Source: Nitrospirota bacterium (GTDB taxonomy: Bacteria; Nitrospirota; UBA9217). From it: 64,000 nucleotides of DNA. Position numbers and translations under genes: made by a program. Of the stretch, positions 18,174-26,280 are shown piece by piece. Numbering within the stretch: the stretch's first letter is position 1; each line of letters begins with the position of its first letter. The notes beneath the pieces were generated by a model. It made no database searches. It was not told the DNA's origin and worked only from the letters and a program-made list of their open reading frames with translations. Location: assembly GCA_963790205.1 (NCBI GenBank), contig CAWBNQ010000003.1:288001-352000 (forward strand). The letters run 5' to 3'.

Positions 18174-21100
18174 ATGTATGTAAAAAAGAACTTTATGTTG
18201 TGGCTAGCCGTGCTTGCCCTGGCCCTTCCGCTTTTCGTTGCGGGCACCGCCAGCGCAAAGTACATGCAAGACGGCGCCGTGCAGAGCGCCTCATCCGGCG
18301 GCTGGGTCACGCCGTCTGACGGCGTCTGCGTGCTCGGCTTGCATGCCGACGGCACCATGGACGTTGATTTATCGATCACGAACAAAAGGGACTGCGACGC
18401 CAGGCTTATTACCGGCCTGACCGGCACCTGTTCCGACCCTGCTTCCTCGGGAGACGGGGCGGCGCATGCCAATGCCGGCTCCAGCACCTGCGTGACCGTG
18501 AATGCCAGCAAGATCATCACGGGCACGATATCCTTGAAGAACCTGGACAGAGACGCCCAGATGTGCACCGGCAAGGGCGGCGTCCTTGCGAACGTCTCCG
18601 CTTCTGTTGACCAGACCCAGTTCATAACGGGTAATGGCTGCGTAGCCTACGGCTGGCAGTACAGGGGACAGGATGCGAGCGGCGCACCCCTGGCCATCGG
18701 CGCAAAAGGCGCGGTCCAGGGCCCGGCCGGCTTCTGCTCGGCTTACATGAGCACGGGCATTGCCGCGGCAAGCTGCCCGTCTCTGAGCGCAAACTCGACG
18801 ACAGCCTTCGGCTACGTCGTACACGGCGCTCTGTGTGACTATCAGTTCGGTATCACGGGCACTGTGGACCAGAACAACAGCAGAGGCTCCTGGTCCAACT
18901 ACAAAAATATCAGCGGTGCGTCAGTTACATCCGGTACGGCGGAAGATCTGAGCACAATCACCACCATGGGCGATTGTCTCGCAGCCGGCTATAACTGGAA
19001 CTCCTGGGTACCCTATGGTACGACCGCAGCGGTCGGCAGTATTACGACCGCAGCGACCTTCGACCTCACCAAGGTGGCTGTGAGCTCTGATGATGGCTGC
19101 CTCCACTGCCACAGCGCGGCCGGCGCCCAGTATAACGGCCCTGCCGAGAGATTCAAGGACAGCTATGTACAGACCGGCCACAAGAACATGCTGAGAGCGG
19201 TCAAGGCAGGCTATCCCTGGGCTGGTCCGACCGGGGCAATCTACACGACCGACGGCACCAACACCATCAACTTCATGACCACCTCCGATCCGTATGGGAA
19301 GATCACGGTGGGCGGCGTGGACCAGAATCTTTATTATGTCTACGGCGACTGGATGGCCGTGCTTCCGAGCGTAGTATACGGCAAAACCGGCTACGGGACC
19401 GCTCCTAACGGGACCACTGCCGACAACAACGGCTACTCCTGCTACCCGTGCCATGCAACGGGCTCGAGCGACAGTTCTGCTGTCACTAATCTTGGCACCA
19501 TCAATGCCACAGGCGTTCCCGGCGTGCAGTCGATCGGCACTCCCGGATATGCCGGTCAGGAACCCGCTGCCACGTTCCCGAACCTTCTCGTCAATGCAAA
19601 TAACCCGAAATGGGACCTGAACGGCATTAATTGTTCACGGTGCCATAACGCAACCGTTCCGTCGGTAACTTCGACGCAGATTGCGGCATCAAATTACCCG
19701 ACAACCGCTCCTACCTCCGGCGGCATGGGCGCGCTTGCTTCAGGCACCGGCAGGACGAACCTCTGCTTCGGCTGCCACCAGAGCATCGACAAAGTCTGGC
19801 CGGCAGGCACGAGCAAAACCACCGATCCCACGTCGATCGCGACCGGCGTAAGCCACGGGGCGGCTTATGGACGTGACTTCAACGGCCACGTTCTCGGCAA
19901 CTCGTTCCTGAACAGCGTGCACGCAGAGTACACCGGCACCATGACGGTGAACTCCCTGGGGAATATGGATCTTTCCGACCCCAACGGGACCTCAGAGTAC
20001 GGAAGCTCCTTCCAGGGCTTCACCTGCTGGCAAGGGACCGCCAGCAACAGCCCGGCGAAGACCAAGGCTGACGGCACTGAAATAAAGACCAAGTCAGACT
20101 GCGAAACACTGTACGGCGCAGGCTCGTGGAGAGCAGACGACGGCACTGTTGCAGACGGAGTGCAGGGCGGATGCAGCACCTGCCACGACGTTCATAACAG
20201 CCTCTTTGTCGCTTCCCAGAAGGAAGCGGCCATGAGAAAGACATGCGATGATTGCCATGTCAACAACGCCACGACCGGCGCGACCATCAGCTCCGCTCCG
20301 ACGGTGTCGGTAATACACCATCCGTCGGGCTCGGGCACGCCTTTCGATTCGACCAAGTTTGACAGTGCGTGCGTGGTTTGCCATATGGCCTCGCAGGCAG
20401 AGGAGAACGGCAATCAGAATTCCATGCCGGTGCATGTCTGGAGGATCAACACCAACGCCTCCTACAACACGTTCCCGACCATGGCCCAGTTCTACGGCGG
20501 GTCCTGCAGCGTGCATACCGGCGCTGTCCAGAATGGTCTCAGCGCGCCGACTGTCTACCTGTCCGACATCTCTTCGGCCAATTGTACGACCACGGGCGTT
20601 GGCGGCACCTGGACCGCTGCGACAAAGACCAGATCAGCTCAAACCGCGCCTGACGGCACTTACACGAACGCGGTCTGGGTCGACCTCGACCTCGCGTGCG
20701 GCCAGTGCCACGGCGGCTCGATCGGCACCACAACATACAACGGAGCGCCGTACATCTCCAAGACGGCGCTTGCCGCGGCTGCAACCGGCATGCACATCGC
20801 CGGCGTAGTGAGCCAGCCGACGGCCAGCACTCCAGTGGTGTCGCATGGCACGGTTACCGTGACCGCCTGGACGGTAAGCTTCGTCGACACGTCAACCTCC
20901 GGGGACGGGACCACGCCCAACGTAAATGTGAACTGGGGTGATGGAAGCTACAACCAGGGAGTTGCCGGCGGTGTCTTCACCCATACGTACGCGAGCACGC
21001 GGGCGAGAAGCTACACCATTAATCATGTAGCCATCAGCTCCGTGAATCCGAGACTGACCTCCACGGCGGATAGGTTCTCGGTCAACGTGCCCCAGCGCTA

Positions 21101-21353
21101 CACGGTATCGGGTATCGTCACGATCAGTGACGGCACCACGCCTATGGCGAACGCATATGTGTTCCTGAAGGCGGGCACCCGCACGGTGCAGTACCATAAG
21201 ACGGACGCGACCGGTACCTTCAGCTTCTCGAAAGTTCTTCCGGGCAACTACGCGGTCCATGTGTACAAGTTCGGGACCACCTTCGGGACCGACGCCACGA
21301 TCAGCGGCCTGAGCTCGGATCAGTCGCTGACCATCAGCTCGATAACACCGTAA
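18174..21353 (+). CDS. Large secreted octaheme cytochrome c, copy 2
   Basis: Start reassigned to ATG 18174 (AGGAG RBS, MYVKKNF as in copy 1), 1059 aa; CLHCH, CYPCH, CSRCH, CFGCH, CSTCH, CDDCH, CVVCH, CGQCH; same C-terminal domains. Confidence 0.9.
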   Translation: MYVKKNFMLWLAVLALALPLFVAGTASAKYMQDGAVQSASSGGWVTPSDGVCVLGLHADGTMDVDLSITNKRDCDARLITGLTGTCSDPASSGDGAAHANAGSSTCVTVNASKIITGTISLKNLDRDAQMCTGKGGVLANVSASVDQTQFITGNGCVAYGWQYRGQDASGAPLAIGAKGAVQGPAGFCSAYMSTGIAAASCPSLSANSTTAFGYVVHGALCDYQFGITGTVDQNNSRGSWSNYKNISGASVTSGTAEDLSTITTMGDCLAAGYNWNSWVPYGTTAAVGSITTAATFDLTKVAVSSDDGCLHCHSAAGAQYNGPAERFKDSYVQTGHKNMLRAVKAGYPWAGPTGAIYTTDGTNTINFMTTSDPYGKITVGGVDQNLYYVYGDWMAVLPSVVYGKTGYGTAPNGTTADNNGYSCYPCHATGSSDSSAVTNLGTINATGVPGVQSIGTPGYAGQEPAATFPNLLVNANNPKWDLNGINCSRCHNATVPSVTSTQIAASNYPTTAPTSGGMGALASGTGRTNLCFGCHQSIDKVWPAGTSKTTDPTSIATGVSHGAAYGRDFNGHVLGNSFLNSVHAEYTGTMTVNSLGNMDLSDPNGTSEYGSSFQGFTCWQGTASNSPAKTKADGTEIKTKSDCETLYGAGSWRADDGTVADGVQGGCSTCHDVHNSLFVASQKEAAMRKTCDDCHVNNATTGATISSAPTVSVIHHPSGSGTPFDSTKFDSACVVCHMASQAEENGNQNSMPVHVWRINTNASYNTFPTMAQFYGGSCSVHTGAVQNGLSAPTVYLSDISSANCTTTGVGGTWTAATKTRSAQTAPDGTYTNAVWVDLDLACGQCHGGSIGTTTYNGAPYISKTALAAAATGMHIAGVVSQPTASTPVVSHGTVTVTAWTVSFVDTSTSGDGTTPNVNVNWGDGSYNQGVAGGVFTHTYASTRARSYTINHVAISSVNPRLTSTADRFSVNVPQRYTVSGIVTISDGTTPMANAYVFLKAGTRTVQYHKTDATGTFSFSKVLPGNYAVHVYKFGTTFGTDATISGLSSDQSLTISSITP

Positions 21354-22245
21354 GAAGCACCATCTTCACCGCATCAAACAGGCAGGCGGGTTTCTCCCGC
21401 CTGCCTGTTCTTTTTTCAACGGACCTCCCCGCGGCTAAAGCGCGGACTTGTGCTTGCGAAGCCCGCGAGGGAAGGATATAATTCAAGGGAACGACGATAG
21501 AAAGAGGAGCTGGAATGAGAAAACGCACACTCGTAACGATCATACTGGTATTTTTGGTCTCGCACCTGGCGCTCGTCTCGTGCAAAAAAACGGAGACCGC
21601 GGGCGTAGCGCCGTCAGCGGAGGAAGCGCACCGGACGGCGATGCTGGAAAAAAGCTTTGCAGAATCGAAAAAAGTGGTTGCCGCCCGGGTCAACGGAGAG
21701 GCCATTACCCTGTTCACCCTTTTTCGGGAGATGAACGCGCTTGCCCCCCGATACCTGGGCGCCGGCGGCCAGAGGACCCCGGAACTCGACAAGAAGATCA
21801 GGAGCGAAGCGCTCGACATAGTAATCTTCGAGGAGCTGGCCGTGGAGGAGGCGAGAAAGCGCGGCATGAAGGCGGCGCCGGAAGCGATAGAGGGCGAGAT
21901 AAGGAAAATAAAAGCGAGCACAGGCTCTCCAGCCGGTTTCCAGGAGTATCTCGACAAGAACGGCCTTACGGAAGGGGAACTCCGCAAGACGCTGGAGCAG
22001 GACGCCCTGTTTGAAATGATCGCCACGCAGGAGATCGACGCGAAGATAACGGTAACCGATGCGGCCCTCAGGGCGCGCTATAAAAAAGAAAAGACCGGAC
22101 TGAAAGACGCCGCCCACCGGCAAATGACGTTTGAGGAGTCGAAAGGAATGCTTGAGCAGAAGGTCAGGGCCGAGGCGGCGGAAAAGAGGATGCGGGAGTG
22201 GGAAAAGGAACTGAGAAAAAACGCCCGCATCGAGCTCGTCGGGCA
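21156..22245 (+). repeat. ~1.09-kb direct repeat, copy B
   Basis: Matches 13371-14460; diverges at the last codons of the chaperone gene (GQKRG* vs GQDRGQG*). Confidence 0.9.
21377..21416 (+). terminator. Intrinsic terminator after octaheme copy 2
   Basis: Identical to 13592-13631. Confidence 0.85.
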
Positions 22246-22264
22246 GGACCGCGGGCAGGGGTGA
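21515..22264 (+). CDS. SurA N-terminal-domain chaperone lipoprotein, copy 2
   Basis: Protein identical to 13730-14473 except for the last residues. Confidence 0.82.
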   Translation: MRKRTLVTIILVFLVSHLALVSCKKTETAGVAPSAEEAHRTAMLEKSFAESKKVVAARVNGEAITLFTLFREMNALAPRYLGAGGQRTPELDKKIRSEALDIVIFEELAVEEARKRGMKAAPEAIEGEIRKIKASTGSPAGFQEYLDKNGLTEGELRKTLEQDALFEMIATQEIDAKITVTDAALRARYKKEKTGLKDAAHRQMTFEESKGMLEQKVRAEAAEKRMREWEKELRKNARIELVGQDRGQG

Positions 22265-22340
22265 GGAACGTTTCCTCGAAAAGCACTCCTGAGGTTTTCC
22301 CCGCCACGACGGGCGCGAAGGACATGAAGGAATTCAAAAA

Positions 22341-23141
22341 ATGAGTATTCAGCGCGCAAAAATCCCCTCCCATGCCCGGCGGTGTTTAGCGGCGATGATC
22401 GCGGCGGCTTTGTGCATCTTCACTATCGGCCTTGGTTCTTCCTGGGCCGGGCCGCCCTTCCGGACCGACGACCCGGAGCCGGTTGATCATAACCACGGGG
22501 AATTTTACGCGGCCACGCAGTATGAAAAAGACCGCGACGTTACGGCGGGAACCGCCCCTCACTTCGAGTTCAACTACGGAGTCCTGCCCGAGTTGATGTT
22601 TCACGTCATTACTCCCTTTGCATACGCCAAGCCGGAAGGAGAATCCAGACACTACGGCTACGGGGACACGGAGGTCGGGATCAAGTACCGGTTCCTGAAT
22701 AATGAGGGTTCTCATTTTATGGCCGGGACCTTTCCACTGGTGGAACTGTCCACCGGCAACAGTGATAAGGGGTTGGGTGCGGGACATACGATGTATTTTC
22801 TGCCGCTCTGGCTCCAGAAGGGGTGGGGGCCGTGGACAACCTACGGCGGCGGCGGCTTCTGGCGTAATCCGGGAGCCGGCAACAAAGACTACCGGTTTTT
22901 CGGCTGGGAAGTGCAGCGTGAAATGTCCAAGGCAGCGACACTAGGCGTGGAAGTGTTTTACAATACGAAAACCACGGAAGAGGGAACATCCCGGACCGGG
23001 TTCAATGCAGGCGCGATATTCAATTTAAGCGATGACCACCATCTGCTCTTTTCCGTTGGGCGCGACATCCATGGCGACAACCGGCTCTCGGCTTACCTCG
23101 CGTACCAGTACACCTTCGGCCCCCCGGAAGAGAAAAAGTAA
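22341..23141 (+). CDS. Putative outer-membrane beta-barrel 'transporter' family protein
   Basis: Signal peptide, then AGPPFRTDDPEPV; amphipathic aromatic-rich strands (GDTEVGIKYRF..YLAYQYTF). Start codon uncertain. Confidence 0.65.
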   Translation: MSIQRAKIPSHARRCLAAMIAAALCIFTIGLGSSWAGPPFRTDDPEPVDHNHGEFYAATQYEKDRDVTAGTAPHFEFNYGVLPELMFHVITPFAYAKPEGESRHYGYGDTEVGIKYRFLNNEGSHFMAGTFPLVELSTGNSDKGLGAGHTMYFLPLWLQKGWGPWTTYGGGGFWRNPGAGNKDYRFFGWEVQREMSKAATLGVEVFYNTKTTEEGTSRTGFNAGAIFNLSDDHHLLFSVGRDIHGDNRLSAYLAYQYTFGPPEEKK

Positions 23142-23245
23142 AATCAGGACAGGACAACACGTCAGCGCAGGGATTTGAAGCATACGCCCCCCTGTTTACC
23201 TTTTCCGGGCAAATGAAAGGTAAAAAGGCGCAATAATGCCAGGTT

Positions 23246-23281
23246 GGGGTAAATGCCCCTCTGTACTGGGGCAAATGCCCC
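23246..23281. promoter_or_regulatory. Tandem palindromes, candidate enhancer (UAS) for a sigma54 activator
   Basis: GGGGTAAATGCCCC (23246) and GGGGCAAATGCCCC (23268), 22 bp apart, ~150-180 bp upstream of the sigma54 motif. Confidence 0.5.
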
Positions 23282-23425
23282 TTTGCCCGCCTTTCATTAA
23301 TATTCATAATGTATCTATAATTTAAGCTAATTTAATTGAAAGAAAATAAATTTATTATTTCATATTATTTCAGCAGGTTATTATGAGACGCTGATTTTTT
23401 AAATTTACGCATCCCGGCGCAGTCA

Positions 23426-23441
23426 TGGCATATTAATTGCA
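23426..23441 (+). promoter_or_regulatory. Sigma54 promoter of octaheme copy 3
   Basis: TGGCATATTAATTGCA (GG-N10-GC; near consensus). Confidence 0.75.
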
Positions 23442-23517
23442 TTTTTAATTAAGACTATAATAAATAAAACTGCAGTCTGCCACATTTCACAATCTAAAAT
23501 TCAACGATGAGGTGCGC

Positions 23518-25986
23518 ATGAAAAATAAATTATTTCTGTATGTGGCAGTCCTTGTTGTTTTTACCTTCTCACTCATGTATTCCATGGATGCCGAGGCGGT
23601 GAAGGGACAGAGATACTTCGGGGATGGAGCAACGCCCGGTCCGGCCGGAGGATGGTCGTATACCAGCGCCGTTGACACCAACTGTTTTGTTTGTCACCAA
23701 CTGAACGGCACCGTTCCCGCGCCCGATAAAACAAGCTACCTGATGACAGGCCACAAGAATGTTTTGAGGAAAGCCACGCTTTTTTCCTTTTGGAACGGGC
23801 CTGACGGGCTGCCCTATGATACGGACTCGACAGGTCGCGCCATTGTCTGGAACACACTGGGACCGATATCGCTCGGCACCTCTACCACTCATCCTCCTTT
23901 GCTTGACGGTTCATGCTCGTTATCGGGGTATCCGAATCAATCCGCCTGTACATCCGCCGGAGGCACATGGACATCCTACAATGGCGGTCTCGGCAACTCG
24001 CTCTTTTACATTTATGACGGTTGGATAAATACAACAGCGGGAGCGGGGGCATACAATGACCCGACTACAAGCGTCGCCGCGCCCGGCTCTGTTTTCAATG
24101 GCGGCTCGTACTCCTGCGCGCGCTGCCATACGACCGGCATGACCCTCGACACCTCGGTCACGACGACGCGTTCTCCTGAAAAAACCTACCCAGGCATCAA
24201 CACGTATGTGAACTTCGACCCTGACGGCAACGGGCCGGCCACAACGGTCTCCTGGGCAACCGGTTTCACCACCGGTCAGGCCATGGACGGCGTTCAGTGC
24301 GAACGCTGCCATGACGCGACGCATCATTTTACCACCGGACCAACGGTTCCCACAGGGGCGGCCGCCACCGCGTTATGCGTTCAATGCCACAGACAGGAGC
24401 ATATGGTGACCTATACCAGCGGCGGAATAGGCGCGAATATTCATCCCACGCCGTTCTCCGATAACACCGTCACTCTTCCGGTTTCCGAACCGGCGTATCC
24501 GCTTCCCGCGATCGAGGTCGGCCGGCCCGACGGCAACTACGCGCCGGAATTTTTCGGATACTCGACCGGCATGGAGTTCCTGAACAGCGTTCATGGCCAG
24601 TATACGGGAAATTTTCAACAGATAAATAATCCGGCAAACTACAACAGCAGTTTTTCGTATGGGTCCTGCGATTTGGACGGATTTTCGGTATACGCTGATC
24701 AGCCCAGTTGTGAAGCAGCGGTAGGCTCGTGGACCGACGCCAGAGGGTGCATATTTAACCAGACGAATTGTACGAATGCCGGCGGCAACTGGACCGCATT
24801 GCAGGGCGGATGCACCGCCTGCCACGATGTTCACAACAGCCTCTTTGTGGCTTCCCAGAAAGCAGCGGCAATAAGAACGACATGCCAGGATTGCCATGTC
24901 AACAACGCCACGACCGAGGCGACCATCAGCACCGTTCCGACGGTTACGGTCGTTAACCATCCGAAGGACGCGGGCACGCCGTTCGATACTACCAGGTATG
25001 ACAATGCGTGCGTGGTCTGCCATATGGCCTCGCAGGCAGTGAAGAACGGCGATCGGGTTTCCATGCCGGCGCATGTCTGGAGGATCAACACGAATGCGAA
25101 TTACAACACGTTCCCGACCATGGCCCAGTTCTACGGCGGGTCCTGCAGCGTGCATACCGGCGCGGTCCAGAATGCTCCCAGCACGCCGGTCGTCTACCTG
25201 TCCGACACCTCTTCGGCCAATTGTACGGCCGCTTCCGGCGCATGGACCGCTGCGATAAAGACCGGAACCGCTCAAACCGCGCCTGACGGTTCTTACTCGA
25301 ACGCGGTCTGGGTCGACCTCGACCTCGCGTGCGGCCAGTGCCACGGCGGCTCGATCAGCACCGCAACGCACAACAACGCGCCGTATTTCACCAAGGCGGG
25401 GCTTGCCTCGGCTGCGGCCGTCATGCACTCAACCACCCCGCTGAGCCAGCCGACGGCCAGCACTCCAGTAGTGTCAAAAGGCACGGTTACCGTGACCGCC
25501 TGGACGGTAAGCTTCGCCGACGCGTCAACCTCCGGGGACGGGACCACGCCCAACGTAAATGTGAACTGGGGTGACGGAAACTATGACCTCGGAGTTGCCG
25601 GCGGCACCTTCACCCATACGTACGCGAGCACGCGGGCGAGAAGCTACACCATTAATCATGTGGCCATCAGCTCCGTGAATCCGAGACTGACCTCCACGGC
25701 AGATAGGTTCTCGGTCAACGTGCCCCAGCGCTACACGATATCGGGCATCGTCACGACCAGCACGGGCACCACGCCTATGGCGAACGCGTATGTGTTCCTG
25801 AAGGCGGGCACCCGCACGGTGCAGTACAAGAAGACGGTCTCGAACGGTCTCTTTACCTTCCCGAGCGTTCTTCCGGGCGACTACACGGTCCATGTGTACA
25901 AGTTCGGGACCACCTTCGGCGCCGACGCCGTTATCAGCGGCCTGAGCTCGGATCAGTCGCTGACCATCAGCTCGATAACACCGTAA
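23518..25986 (+). CDS. Secreted octaheme cytochrome c, copy 3 (short N-terminus)
   Basis: ATG 23518 after GAGG (GTG 23512 possible); CFVCH, CARCH, CERCH, CVQCH, CTACH, CQDCH, CVVCH, CGQCH; C-terminal ~390 aa highly similar to copies 1 and 2. Confidence 0.9.
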   Translation: MKNKLFLYVAVLVVFTFSLMYSMDAEAVKGQRYFGDGATPGPAGGWSYTSAVDTNCFVCHQLNGTVPAPDKTSYLMTGHKNVLRKATLFSFWNGPDGLPYDTDSTGRAIVWNTLGPISLGTSTTHPPLLDGSCSLSGYPNQSACTSAGGTWTSYNGGLGNSLFYIYDGWINTTAGAGAYNDPTTSVAAPGSVFNGGSYSCARCHTTGMTLDTSVTTTRSPEKTYPGINTYVNFDPDGNGPATTVSWATGFTTGQAMDGVQCERCHDATHHFTTGPTVPTGAAATALCVQCHRQEHMVTYTSGGIGANIHPTPFSDNTVTLPVSEPAYPLPAIEVGRPDGNYAPEFFGYSTGMEFLNSVHGQYTGNFQQINNPANYNSSFSYGSCDLDGFSVYADQPSCEAAVGSWTDARGCIFNQTNCTNAGGNWTALQGGCTACHDVHNSLFVASQKAAAIRTTCQDCHVNNATTEATISTVPTVTVVNHPKDAGTPFDTTRYDNACVVCHMASQAVKNGDRVSMPAHVWRINTNANYNTFPTMAQFYGGSCSVHTGAVQNAPSTPVVYLSDTSSANCTAASGAWTAAIKTGTAQTAPDGSYSNAVWVDLDLACGQCHGGSISTATHNNAPYFTKAGLASAAAVMHSTTPLSQPTASTPVVSKGTVTVTAWTVSFADASTSGDGTTPNVNVNWGDGNYDLGVAGGTFTHTYASTRARSYTINHVAISSVNPRLTSTADRFSVNVPQRYTISGIVTTSTGTTPMANAYVFLKAGTRTVQYKKTVSNGLFTFPSVLPGDYTVHVYKFGTTFGADAVISGLSSDQSLTISSITP

Positions 25987-26009
25987 GAAGCGCCATCTTC
26001 ACCGCATCA

Positions 26010-26049
26010 AGCAGGCAGGCGGGTTTCTCCCGCCTGCCTGTTCTTTTTT
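26010..26049 (+). terminator. Intrinsic terminator after octaheme copy 3
   Basis: Same hairpin as after copies 1 and 2. Confidence 0.85.
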
Positions 26050-26169
26050 CAACGGACCTCCCTGCGGCAGGAGCGCGGACCTAGTGAAGCGCGAAGCTCG
26101 CGAGGGAGGGATATAATCCAGGGCAACGACGATCAGAATGCAAAATGATAGGCGGCGACGCAGTGATCG

Positions 26170-26250
26170 TTGGAGAAGAAATCAAGGCCGTGGAAAAAGG
26201 ACCTGAGGAAGAATGCCCTCATCGAGTTCGTCGGGCAAAAGCGCGGTTGA
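26170..26250 (+). pseudogene. 3' remnant of a third SurA-like chaperone gene
   Basis: 26191-26250 reads WKKDLRKNALIEFVGQKRG*, matching WEKELRKNARIELVGQKRG* of copy 1. The promoter region upstream is also retained, but most of the gene is missing. Confidence 0.8.
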
Positions 26251-26280
26251 GAAGGCCCCTGGCTGACTGAATCGACGGTA

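Noticed and set aside
10347..25986. Calling the octahemes OmcZ
   Set aside because: They share 8 hemes and a non-heme C-terminus, but heme spacing and sequence do not match my recollection of OmcZ, and no subtilase gene is present.
10347..25986. Diversity-generating retroelement or invertase shufflon explaining the paralog variation
   Set aside because: No reverse transcriptase or site-specific recombinase in the window; differences are not adenine-specific; all copies are full genes in the same orientation.
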